Origin: an uncultured Myxococcales bacterium
GTDB lineage: Bacteria; Myxococcota_A; UBA9042; CAIXZC01
Direction of reading: 5' to 3'
Length of the DNA: 40,922 bases
Assembly (NCBI GenBank): GCA_964522395.1
Contig: CAZFVN010000033.1
Coordinates: 1-40,922 of the forward strand
The translations under genes were made by a program, and so were the position numbers. This document shows, in pieces, positions 19,326 through 27,844 of this stretch (its first letter is position 1; each line of letters opens with the position of its first letter). The notes beneath the pieces are model-generated. The model saw nothing but the letters and a program-made list of their open reading frames with translations. It made no database searches and was not told the DNA's origin.

Positions 19326-21074
19326 TTACGTGCCCTTGTACTTCTTGAAGATGGGATCGGCTTCGGCCAGCTCACGGCGCAGAACCTTGCCCACAGGAGT
19401 CTTCGGGATCTCCTGGATGAACTCAATGTAGCGAGGAACCTTGTAATGGGTCATGTTCTCCTTTGCCCATGAGACCATTTCCTCGGGAGTTACTTTACCT
19501 TCGGAGTCCTCACGGAGGACAACCCATGCCTTGATAATCTCTCCGGTTTCCGGGTCAGGCAGGCCGTGGACCGCCACCTCATTGACCATCGGGTGTCCTC
19601 CAACCAATTCCTCAACTTCCTTGGGAAAGACGCTGTAGCCCTTGTATTTGATAAGCTGCTTCTTCCGGTCTCGTAAGGTCACCGACCCCTTCTCATTTAT
19701 GAAGCCGAGGTCACCCGTAAGGAGCCAGAGTTTGCCGTCCATCTCTTTGATGGTATCGGCGGTCTCTTCGTCCCGGTTGAGGTACCCCTTCATTACCTGT
19801 GGACCGGCAATGCATAGCTCTCCAATGTTCTCCTCGCCCGGCCCCAATTGAGTGGTCGTTGTTGCCGTATCCATGACCTTCCAGTCGGTGCCCGGAAAGG
19901 GCAGGCCGATGGTGCCGATTTCCCGCTCGCCGTAGAATTGTCCAGCGCTCACAACCGGGGAGGATTCGGTCAGCCCGTAGCCTTCGACCAGCTTGGCGTT
20001 GGTGAGACTCTCGAACTTCTCCTGTACGGGGCGGTGCAGCGGCCCCGCTCCTGAGATGCAATGCAGCAACTTGTTGGAAAGGTCGTACTTTCCCGGATTT
20101 GCTTCCATGTAATCCGCCATCTTCTGGAAGAGAATCTCGGCCCCAAGGAAGATAGTGTTCTGGTCCTCTCCCAGGGAGGCTACGCGGTGGCAGAGCTCTT
20201 CCATGGCAGGCGGCCGGGGGAAGATCATCATCCAGCCGCCGGCTCGCACGGTGATGTTCAGAATCGTCGTCATGGCGAAGCTGTGATAGAAGGGCAGGAT
20301 CGCCAGATTGCAAAGGCCCGGCTTCAGCTTGTAAAGCCAGGCCAAAGACTGAATCACATTGCTTACGCAGTTGAAGTGCGTGAGTACCGCAGCCTTTGGT
20401 ACGCCAGTAGTCCCGCCGGTCATGATGAAGGTGGCCGTGTCCTCTTCTGGGTCGATGTCAACCTGAGGCACATTGGTGCGGGTCTTTAGAAGTGTCTTGA
20501 GAGGCACCGAGTGGCGAGGCACAGGGCCGGTGGGAACCTTCTTCAGAAGCTTGCCCAGGATCTGCTTCACGGGGGGCAGGAAATCAGCCACATTGGTGTG
20601 GACCAGAAACTCCACTCCACTTTGCGTGATAATCGGCTCGATGGCAGTAGCGTAGAGGGCGTCGAGAACCACCAGACTCTTGGCGTTCACCGTCTTGAGT
20701 TGATGGAGAATCTCGCCCGGCTTGTAGGTCGGATTGACGCCCGAGATAATGATTCCGAGTTTCGCACAAGCGAAGTAACACATGATGTACTGAAAACTGT
20801 TGGGCAAGAGCAGGGCCATGACGTCGCCCTTGCGCAATCCGTGGTTGTGGAAAGCGGTAGCGAGAGCGTCGACGTGCCCTTTCATTTCACCATACGTCAT
20901 CCATGAATCCAGGAACCACCCAAGCCGGTCGTTGTGGTGTTGTCTGGCCGCTTCGTCAAACATCTCCCCGAGGGTCATTAGTGGGAAGTCGATGTTCTTG
21001 GGGACTTCCTGAGGCCAGCCAGATTCCTCCTTGAACCAGACGTTGCTTTCGTCAACGTGGTAGCGCTTATCCAT
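19326..21074 (-). CDS. Long-chain fatty-acid--CoA ligase (AMP-binding ANL superfamily)
   Basis: AMP-binding signature TGGTTGVPKAAVLTH, an EGYGLTE-type motif (VEGYGLTESS), and a C-terminal GDLGFINEKGSVTLRDRKKQLIKYKG hinge/A8 region. The ATG at 21074 has a strong SD AGGAGAAGGAG. Confidence 0.85.
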   Translation of the reverse strand: MDKRYHVDESNVWFKEESGWPQEVPKNIDFPLMTLGEMFDEAARQHHNDRLGWFLDSWMTYGEMKGHVDALATAFHNHGLRKGDVMALLLPNSFQYIMCYFACAKLGIIISGVNPTYKPGEILHQLKTVNAKSLVVLDALYATAIEPIITQSGVEFLVHTNVADFLPPVKQILGKLLKKVPTGPVPRHSVPLKTLLKTRTNVPQVDIDPEEDTATFIMTGGTTGVPKAAVLTHFNCVSNVIQSLAWLYKLKPGLCNLAILPFYHSFAMTTILNITVRAGGWMMIFPRPPAMEELCHRVASLGEDQNTIFLGAEILFQKMADYMEANPGKYDLSNKLLHCISGAGPLHRPVQEKFESLTNAKLVEGYGLTESSPVVSAGQFYGEREIGTIGLPFPGTDWKVMDTATTTTQLGPGEENIGELCIAGPQVMKGYLNRDEETADTIKEMDGKLWLLTGDLGFINEKGSVTLRDRKKQLIKYKGYSVFPKEVEELVGGHPMVNEVAVHGLPDPETGEIIKAWVVLREDSEGKVTPEEMVSWAKENMTHYKVPRYIEFIQEIPKTPVGKVLRRELAEADPIFKKYKGT

Positions 21075-21226
21075 GATCTCCTTCTCCTTTCAAAGGCGGT
21101 CCTGCCATTGCCAGTGTGCGCGGTGTCCCACAAATATTGGACCGAACATGGACGAATTTCAAGGGGAAAGTCGCGGGCCCGGGCGCCCGCGTGCGGGACG
21201 CCTTTCGAGGGCGGCCGAATTCATGC

Positions 21227-21254
21227 TTGACAGGCGACTTTCAGAGCATAGAAT
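21227..21254 (+). promoter_or_regulatory. Near-consensus sigma70-like promoter (TTGACA-N16-TAGAAT) upstream of tRNA-Ser
   Basis: -35 TTGACA at 21227-21232. -10 TAGAAT at 21249-21254. This predicts a TSS about 35 nt before the tRNA-Ser 5' end. Confidence 0.4.
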
Positions 21255-21294
21255 AGGCAACCCCTCAGAAATGGGGTTGACATTTGGCATGCTT

Positions 21295-21383
21295 GGAGAG
21301 GTGACCGAGAGGCCGAAGGTGCTCGCCTGCTAAGCGAGTGTATGTGTTAAAGCGTACCAAGGGTTCGAATCCCTTCCTCTCCG
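21295..21383 (+). tRNA. tRNA-Ser (anticodon GCU), class II with a long variable arm
   Basis: Acceptor stem GGAGAGG/CCTCTCC. Anticodon stem-loop CTCGC-CTGCTAA-GCGAG. Variable-arm hairpin GTATG-tgttaaag-CGTAC. T-arm AAGGG-TTCGAAT-CCCTT. Discriminator G. CCA is not encoded. Confidence 0.85.
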
Positions 21384-21422
21384 CCGCGCCCTGACGTTTT
21401 CGGGGCATGTTGACATTATGAT

Positions 21423-21499
21423 GCGGGCATAGCTCAGCTGGATAGAGCGGCGGTCTACGGAACCGCAGGTCTGAGGTTCGAATCCTCATGCCCGCGCCA
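21423..21499 (+). tRNA. tRNA-Arg (anticodon ACG) with encoded CCA
   Basis: Acceptor GCGGGCA/TGCCCGC. D-arm GCTC-AGCTGGATA-GAGC. Anticodon stem-loop GCGGT-CTACGGA-ACCGC. T-arm TGAGG-TTCGAAT-CCTCA. Discriminator G, then CCA at 21497-21499. Confidence 0.9.
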
Positions 21500-21520
21500 G
21501 CAATCTCCTCAGGAACCCTA

Positions 21521-22000
21521 GTGTCGATAATCGATATCATTCCCGCTGATCGTATCGAGCATTACATGCGTGCAGCAATCCTCGAAGCAGAGGAAGCCGA
21601 GGCGCTGGGCGAAGTGCCAGTTGGAGCTGTCGTCGTTCGTAATGACATAATCATCGGTGCCGCTGGCAATCGTCGGGAGACTCGCCGCGACCCCACCGCT
21701 CATGCCGAAGTGCTGGCCCTCCAGGAGGCCGCACGCCGGACCGGCACGTGGTATCTCGACGACTCGGTTCTCTTCGTAACCCTTGAACCGTGTCCCATGT
21801 GCGCCGGGGCTCTCGTCAACGCTCGCATCAGGGGAGTCGTCTATGGCGCCGCCGACCCCAAGGCCGGAGCTTGCACCACTCTCTATGATCTTCCGGGGGA
21901 TGGTCGGCTCAATCACAACTTTCCAGTCCTCGGAGGCATCCTCGGCGCCGAGTGTGGTGAACTCCTTTCAGCCTTCTTCAAACGATTGCGTAAGCGCTAA
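21521..22000 (+). CDS. tadA: tRNA-specific adenosine-34 deaminase
   Basis: CDA-fold zinc motifs HAE (TAHAEVLAL) and PCxxC (LEPCPMCAGAL). The N-terminal IEHYMRAAILEAEEA matches the TadA helix-1 region. A GTG at 21521 has AGGAA 5 nt upstream. The ATG-defined ORF (21488) would overlap the tRNA-Arg 3' end. An ATG at 21566 is the alternative start. Confidence 0.85.
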   Translation: MSIIDIIPADRIEHYMRAAILEAEEAEALGEVPVGAVVVRNDIIIGAAGNRRETRRDPTAHAEVLALQEAARRTGTWYLDDSVLFVTLEPCPMCAGALVNARIRGVVYGAADPKAGACTTLYDLPGDGRLNHNFPVLGGILGAECGELLSAFFKRLRKR

Positions 22001-22118
22001 CTGCACTGGATGAAACCTACCGGATGTGTCATCATTAAACCATTCGGCACTTCCATGTGAAGAAGCGTGAAGGTCCCCCGTCTATGGACCCCATTGCCCG
22101 TGGGCAAGGAGGTGACAC

Positions 22119-23171
22119 ATGGCCGCCAGAACGATGATTATCTACTTCATTCTTGCCCTCGTGGGCGGGCCCGCAGGGGCCTGGGAAGCAAAGGTCTTTG
22201 AAGGGGAGCCAGCGGATGCCGAGGACGTGGACCTGCTCCCCCATTCGGCAGCCAGCCATCGTCAATTCTACTCCGAAGACTACACCTTCACCTTTCGTCT
22301 GACCGGCACACTGAAGATGCACCTCAAGGTCGGTATGAGCAATCTCCTGGGCGGGCCTGGGTCGGCATTTGCTGACGGCTATGTCAAGACCCGTAGCAAG
22401 AAACATGTGGTCCAGGGGGCTTTCCCGAAGGGCTCCTGGAGTAGCGACCCGAAGCGATTCAAAGTGAAGATGCCCGACTTCTCGATGAAAGGGGATACCA
22501 GGGAAATCAGACTTCGCTTCGAAGCCGACGGAGCCAAGGTCGATGCGAAACTCAAGGCCGTCGTCCCGGGGTTTCGCCCCGGCACTGGGAAGGTCGAGCT
22601 GGCGGACCAGGGTTACGTCTCCATGGTTGTCTGGCCAAAGCTGCAGGTAACTGGAACCGTGCAGGTCGGCGAGGTCAAGTTTCGTCTCTCCGGCTACTGT
22701 ATTTTCACGCATGCCGCCACTACCGTCGAGCCGCAGCACATTCCCAGCACCTGGTTCTACTTCAAGAGCAAAGACCCGGATCATCCCGTACTCTTCCAAG
22801 GCTTTCAGCTAAACGAGCAGTTTGGCGGCACTCGTCACGGCTGGGCCCTGGCTGTGAAGGACGAGAGCTATCTTCTGAGGACCAACCGCCTTAACCTCGA
22901 ACCGGCTAACGTCAAGGACACCAGAGGCGCCGCACTCCCCTGGTCTCTGCTGCTCAAGGGTCAAGAGGGGGCAGCGCTGGGGGCCATCAAGGCGGATAGG
23001 CTGGGCGGCGTGCGTGACCGGCTCAAGAAACTGCCTCCCTTTCAGGCTGCAATTATCCGGAAATTCATCAACCCCCGTCGCTACCTCTTTCGCGCCGAAA
23101 TTGAGTTGGATAATGGCCAGGGAGTGAACACCAGAACAGTGGGTGAGTACAAAGTTGAGACGATGCGCTAG
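22119..23171 (+). CDS. Hypothetical secreted protein (signal peptide, beta-rich, K-rich)
   Basis: Excellent RBS AAGGAGGTG 5 nt before the ATG. Signal peptide MAARTMIIYFILALVGGPAGAWEA. High GC3 codon usage matches the genome. I recognise no domain. The antisense ORF 22035..22799 is judged spurious. Confidence 0.6.
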   Translation: MAARTMIIYFILALVGGPAGAWEAKVFEGEPADAEDVDLLPHSAASHRQFYSEDYTFTFRLTGTLKMHLKVGMSNLLGGPGSAFADGYVKTRSKKHVVQGAFPKGSWSSDPKRFKVKMPDFSMKGDTREIRLRFEADGAKVDAKLKAVVPGFRPGTGKVELADQGYVSMVVWPKLQVTGTVQVGEVKFRLSGYCIFTHAATTVEPQHIPSTWFYFKSKDPDHPVLFQGFQLNEQFGGTRHGWALAVKDESYLLRTNRLNLEPANVKDTRGAALPWSLLLKGQEGAALGAIKADRLGGVRDRLKKLPPFQAAIIRKFINPRRYLFRAEIELDNGQGVNTRTVGEYKVETMR

Positions 23172-23195
23172 GGCGTCGAGAAGAGTTTCGGACCG

Positions 23196-24086
23196 CTACT
23201 GCCCGTCCTTTTTCTTCTTCTTCTTTAGAATCGAATCCATCACATCAGGATTCTGCTGCTTGTCGTCCCCCGTCACCTGCATCAGGAAGGCATCGGCAGA
23301 ACCGTCACCCTTGACCTCGCTCTGCGCCGTTCTACGGCGCTCCTCAACTGCCGGAACGCTGGGCAGGTAAGTCCAGATCAACCGGGAACAAACGAAAATG
23401 CCCTCCGGCGGTAGAGCCCGCAGCTCAAATGTTGTGTCACGCCAGACAGCAGCCACTGGAATTGTCTTCTCCTCATCTTCATGACTCATTTCCAGGGGGT
23501 CACCGTATTTAGTTGCCAACTTGACCAGAAGGCTCGAATAGTCTGTGGCAGCCTCGGTGCAGATGAAGATCTTCCAAAGCTTGTTATCGGAGCTGAAAAA
23601 GTAGGCCGAGTTGTCCGAGTAGGCATACTTGTAAACAGATTCACCCGCCTTCGACACAAAGGCCCCGGCTACGACTGAGACGCCGTAGCCCTTCTCACCG
23701 CCGTCAAGGAGCGTGAAGCTCTTGACCACGTCCTCGAAGGTCTTCTCCACCTTCGCCTTCAGGATATCCCGTTCTCGGGCATCAAGGGTGGCCCGTAGCA
23801 GGGGTAGCAACTGGGCGTCGAAGCGCTCTTTCAAAGTGATTTCAAATGCGCCCCGTTCCTGGCCAAACGGTAGTTCCTGAAACACCGGGTCAAACGAACC
23901 GGGATCCAGCGGGCTGGGCCAGACGGGCTCCGGTGGCTTCTCCTCGACGACCTTCTCCTTCTTCCCCTTCTTCCCCCGCTTACTGCGTGCAGCGACGTCG
24001 TCCACGGACATGGCCATTACGAGTCCCAACACCAGCGCCAACACCGGTCCTATCGAAAGAATCTTACGCATTTGTCCTGTCCTCAT
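23196..24086 (-). CDS. Hypothetical secreted protein with a poly-Lys C-terminus
   Basis: A signal-peptide-like N-terminus (MRKILSIGPVLALVLGLVMAMS) follows a second in-frame ATG at 24071 that has AGGA upstream. KKKKKKDGQ at the C-terminus. Convergent with the 22119 gene. Confidence 0.55.
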   Translation of the reverse strand: MRTGQMRKILSIGPVLALVLGLVMAMSVDDVAARSKRGKKGKKEKVVEEKPPEPVWPSPLDPGSFDPVFQELPFGQERGAFEITLKERFDAQLLPLLRATLDARERDILKAKVEKTFEDVVKSFTLLDGGEKGYGVSVVAGAFVSKAGESVYKYAYSDNSAYFFSSDNKLWKIFICTEAATDYSSLLVKLATKYGDPLEMSHEDEEKTIPVAAVWRDTTFELRALPPEGIFVCSRLIWTYLPSVPAVEERRRTAQSEVKGDGSADAFLMQVTGDDKQQNPDVMDSILKKKKKKDGQ

Positions 24087-24169
24087 AGGTTGCCTTCCTT
24101 ACCGCAGAGTGTAACATCATTCTATGCAAAGGGCACTAACTTAGCCACTTTGCGCACACTCGCTCGTGA

Positions 24170-27100
24170 GTGAAGGATGACCTGTTGATGCAAAAGGCTC
24201 CCCTATTCGTCTCACTGATACTCCTCCTGCTAACCCCCCTGGCATGCTCTGACCCGATGCTGAAGGGGAGCGATTCCGCCACTCAGGACATACCGGCGGG
24301 AGCAGAGATTGAGGGGCCTTTGCCTTGCACCGAAGACCATGACTGCCCTTCGCCGGGACCGTGTGGAGAAGCTAGATGTGATGACGGGGCGTGCAGCTTC
24401 GCGCCTGACGATGGGCTTGCCTGTGATGATTTTGACCACTGCACGGTTGATGACCATTGCAGTGGAGGAATCTGTACCGCCACAGCCAAGGGCTGCGATG
24501 ACACCAATCCCTGTACTACCGATAGCTGTCGCGCCGATGACGGCACCTGCCTCTTCCTGGCTCGCACAGGACCCTGCGACGATGGTAGCATTTGCACCAC
24601 CGATGACCAATGTCTGGACGGACAGTGCGTGGGGCAAGGTCTGGCATGTGACGACGGAAACGGCTGTACCGTCGATTCCTGCAAACCTGATGGAGGGTGT
24701 GCGCATCAGCCGATCGACGGAGTCGTCTGTAACGATGACTCCCCGTGTACCCAGAACGATTCCTGCTTCGAGGGGGTATGCCAGGGAGAAGCTGTAGATT
24801 GCCAGGGCGGGTCCCCTTGTACCGATGGCACGTGCGACTCTACAACCGGTCAATGCATCTACACGAACGTTGATGGGGGCGGCTGCGATGATGGCAACGG
24901 GTGCACGGTCGGTGACGTATGTCTCGACGGAACCTGTCAGGGTGGGGAGCTCATCTCCTGTGACGATCAGAATCCATGTACCGAAGATTCCTGCGCTGGA
25001 GAGAGCGGCTGTACGTACCTGCCCGTGCCGCTCCCCTGCGACGACGGCAATCCTTGCACCCTGAGTGACGCCTGCTCTCAGGGGACCTGTTATGCCGGCA
25101 CCGCCAAGAGCTGTCAGGATGGCAATCCCTGCACCCTTGACACTTGCGATCTTGGCGACGGCACCTGTCTCCACGAGGCCGTGGACTGGGAGTGCGATGA
25201 CGGTAATGCTTGCTCCGTTGGGGACTCCTGCCTGGCTGGAGTCTGCATCGGAGAAGCTGCCGATTGCGACGATGATAACCCCTGCACTGCCGATGGCTGC
25301 CTGCCCGATGCCGGATGCGTCTATTCTCCCATCGGTGCCCCCTGTGACGATGGCAATCTCTGTACCCTGGGTGACATCTGCCAGGCGGGGGCCTGTGCAC
25401 CGGGACCAGGCACACCATATTGCAATGACGAGAATCCCTGCACCGATGACCTTTGCGACCTGACTACAGGGCTCTGTCTCAACTTGCCCAACAAGGATGA
25501 TTGCGACGATGGCAACCTCTGCACTGCTGGAGACCAATGCGAGGACGGCAAATGTTCTCCGGGTGATGCCGGGCTCTGTCAATGCGAAGACGATGCTGCG
25601 TGTCTCCCTTTCGATGATGGCAATGCCTGCAATGGCACACTCCATTGTGCCCTCCAACAGTGGCCACCAAAATGTGCTATTCAGCCCGGGACCATTGTCG
25701 ATTGCTCGGGCGTCTTTGACACCCAGTGTCGTAAGGCCAAGTGTCAGCCCGAAAGTGGTTTGTGCCTCCTGCTTGACCTACCCGAGGATACGTCCTGCGA
25801 TGATGGCAATCCTTGCACTGCAGGCGACCACTGCGCTGCGGGCCTCTGCATCCCTTCTGGCATGGTTAGCTGTGACGACCTCAATCCCTGCACTTTGGAA
25901 ACTTGTGAGCCCGAGTCCGGCTGCCTCTTCACGTCCAACAACCTTCCCTGTGATGACGGCAATATCTGTACCCTCGGCGATATCTGCGTCGGTGGCAACT
26001 GCATCGGCGTTCCAAAGCACTGCGAGGATGCCAATCCATGTACTGTGGGCGTCTGCCAGGTCGACGACGGGGAATGCGCTTTCCCCCTCTCCCAGGGGAG
26101 CTGCGATGACGGCAATCCATGTACCCAAAGTGACCAATGTGTCGCCGGCGTTTGCATTGGCGTGCCCACTGACTGCGATGACGGGAAGCCGTGTACCGCA
26201 GATGCCTGCAATGGGCAGGATGGCTGTGTGCACACGACGATCGATGGTAGCTGCGACGACGGCAATGCATGCACCGCGCTGGACAACTGTAGCGGCGGCA
26301 AATGCAAGGGCTTAGGCATCGTCTGCAATGACGACAATCCCTGTACTGATGATATCTGCGACCCGGCGGTTGGCTGTCTCCATCCCGCAAATGTGGCGCC
26401 TTGCAGCGATGGCGACTTGTGCACCTACGCCGATCAGTGTGCTGATGGAATCTGTGGCGGGCTGGCAGTTTCGTGCGAAGATGGGAATCCCTGTACCGCC
26501 AATTCCTGTCACTCCCTCGCCGGGTGTCTGATAGAGGACCTCTTCATTCCTTGCTACGACGGCAGTCTCTGCACTGTTGGGGACTGGTGTATCGACGGGG
26601 TCTGCACTGCAGGTCCGCCCGCGGGCTGCGACGATGGCAACTTCTGCACCGTCGATTCCTGCGACCCCGTTACCGGGCTCTGCATCTACGGGAATACGGG
26701 ATGGCCCTGCGACGATGGCAATGCTTGCACCCATACGGACCTTTGTGCCGACGGTGCCTGCGCCGGGTACTCCGTCAGTTGCACCGATGAGAACGACTGT
26801 ACCAGCGACTCTTGCGATCCAGAAGCCGGGTGCCTCCATAGCGCTGTGGACGGCGCCCTCTGCGATGATAACGATCTCTGCACGGCCGGCGACCTCTGCA
26901 TCATTGATGAATGCGTGGGGCAGGAACCAGTCGTGTGCAATGACGGAAACATCTGCACTTCCGACCTGTGTCACTCACTGCTCGGCTGTATCTTCAACGG
27001 GGAAACAGGGGGCGATTGCGATGACGGCGATGATTCTACCATCCATGACGCCTGCAAGGATGGTACCTGCGAAGGTCTCGTCGATGCCGATGGCGACGAC

Positions 27101-27844
27101 GTGGCGGATGAGGGATTTGAAGTAGTCTGTGCCGGTGGCAATGTTGAATCCTGTAATGACAACTGTCCACTGCTTGCCAATTCGGGGCAGAATGATAGCG
27201 ATGGCGATGGGGTCGGAGACCTTTGTGAGGTATGCGGAATGGTGCAGCCCTTCGACGGTCAAACCCCGCCCGATGAAAGTGTCTGGCAGGCGGAATACAC
27301 TGATGCCTGTCCCGAGCTCCACACAGTCACGGGAGCTGCGTCGAATGAAGGTATGAACTACCTGGAGTTTCGTGCAAGTCGGGCCGCAGAATGTGATGGC
27401 GATACCGTCCACGTCGCTTTGAACAATCTGCGTGACCTCAGCGAACAGGCAACCGTGATTCAACTGGATCTGGGTTTGGAGGGAACGGTCTATCCCGCTC
27501 AGTTCCTTGGCATTCCAATTGCCTTTCTTGCCATCAGCAATGGTGAGCAGCGCGTGGAACTGGCGGAGATCCCGCACGACGCCACCGATGAGACTTGCGG
27601 GCTCACCGCAACCATACCCTCTGCTCTTTCCCGGGCAATCTGGCGTATTCAGGTCGATGGTGTGACGCACCAGGCGCACCTCTTCGTCGACGAAGTTGAA
27701 CACTCCAATAGTCCCGTCGATCTCGCCGAACTGCTCCCGCCATGGCGGGTTGAGATCGGAATCCTCGGCGGTGATCTGGTGGGAGGCTGCGGCGGTACGG
27801 CAGCGATTCTGCTATTCGGATATGAAGTAGTCTGTCAGTGGTAG
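24170..27844 (+). CDS. Giant secreted cysteine-rich repeat protein (1224 aa) with more than 30 tandem CxDGNxCTxDxC...GxC repeats, thrombospondin type-3-like Ca-binding repeats and a C-terminal ~200-aa domain
   Basis: Signal peptide MQKAPLFVSLILLLLTPLACS (the alternative ATG at 24188 has AAGGA upstream). Residues ~50-965 are alternating ~20-aa modules such as CDDGNPCTLSDACSQGTCYAG / CQDGNPCTLDTCDLGDGTCLHEAVDWE. These resemble the 'Myxococcus cysteine-rich repeat' (TIGR02232, from memory). A TSP3-like stretch DADGDDVADEG...CNDNCPLLANSGQNDSDGDGVGDLCEVC follows. The protein ends ...GGCGGTAAILLFGYEVVCQW. Confidence 0.8.
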   Translation: MKDDLLMQKAPLFVSLILLLLTPLACSDPMLKGSDSATQDIPAGAEIEGPLPCTEDHDCPSPGPCGEARCDDGACSFAPDDGLACDDFDHCTVDDHCSGGICTATAKGCDDTNPCTTDSCRADDGTCLFLARTGPCDDGSICTTDDQCLDGQCVGQGLACDDGNGCTVDSCKPDGGCAHQPIDGVVCNDDSPCTQNDSCFEGVCQGEAVDCQGGSPCTDGTCDSTTGQCIYTNVDGGGCDDGNGCTVGDVCLDGTCQGGELISCDDQNPCTEDSCAGESGCTYLPVPLPCDDGNPCTLSDACSQGTCYAGTAKSCQDGNPCTLDTCDLGDGTCLHEAVDWECDDGNACSVGDSCLAGVCIGEAADCDDDNPCTADGCLPDAGCVYSPIGAPCDDGNLCTLGDICQAGACAPGPGTPYCNDENPCTDDLCDLTTGLCLNLPNKDDCDDGNLCTAGDQCEDGKCSPGDAGLCQCEDDAACLPFDDGNACNGTLHCALQQWPPKCAIQPGTIVDCSGVFDTQCRKAKCQPESGLCLLLDLPEDTSCDDGNPCTAGDHCAAGLCIPSGMVSCDDLNPCTLETCEPESGCLFTSNNLPCDDGNICTLGDICVGGNCIGVPKHCEDANPCTVGVCQVDDGECAFPLSQGSCDDGNPCTQSDQCVAGVCIGVPTDCDDGKPCTADACNGQDGCVHTTIDGSCDDGNACTALDNCSGGKCKGLGIVCNDDNPCTDDICDPAVGCLHPANVAPCSDGDLCTYADQCADGICGGLAVSCEDGNPCTANSCHSLAGCLIEDLFIPCYDGSLCTVGDWCIDGVCTAGPPAGCDDGNFCTVDSCDPVTGLCIYGNTGWPCDDGNACTHTDLCADGACAGYSVSCTDENDCTSDSCDPEAGCLHSAVDGALCDDNDLCTAGDLCIIDECVGQEPVVCNDGNICTSDLCHSLLGCIFNGETGGDCDDGDDSTIHDACKDGTCEGLVDADGDDVADEGFEVVCAGGNVESCNDNCPLLANSGQNDSDGDGVGDLCEVCGMVQPFDGQTPPDESVWQAEYTDACPELHTVTGAASNEGMNYLEFRASRAAECDGDTVHVALNNLRDLSEQATVIQLDLGLEGTVYPAQFLGIPIAFLAISNGEQRVELAEIPHDATDETCGLTATIPSALSRAIWRIQVDGVTHQAHLFVDEVEHSNSPVDLAELLPPWRVEIGILGGDLVGGCGGTAAILLFGYEVVCQW
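24326..27075 (+). repeat. Intragenic tandem coding repeat array: >30 degenerate copies of a ~55-60 nt unit encoding CxDGNxCTxDxC
   Basis: Recurrent nucleotide cores, e.g. gacgatggcaatccttgcac at ~25040, 25798, 25957, 26106, 26632 and 26710. The copies are diverged at the DNA level, so the array is old rather than recently amplified. Confidence 0.7.

Noticed and set aside
21181-21205. GC-rich inverted repeat GCCCGCGTGCGGGAC upstream of the tRNA promoter.
   Set aside because: The stem is short with a 2-4-nt loop. It lies upstream of the putative -35, so it has no obvious terminator or attenuator role, and nothing is transcribed towards it on the plus strand.
22035-22799. A 254-aa minus-strand ORF overlapping the 22119..23171 gene.
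   Set aside because: The plus-strand gene has a textbook AAGGAGGTG RBS, a signal peptide and high GC3. The minus ORF has no start context and would overlap it by 680 nt.
24326-27075. Regularly spaced repeats that could be mistaken for a CRISPR array or a minisatellite.
   Set aside because: The units are in-frame protein repeats with conserved Cys codons. They are degenerate at the nucleotide level, lie inside a continuous 3.7-kb ORF, and have no spacer-repeat regularity and no cas genes nearby.
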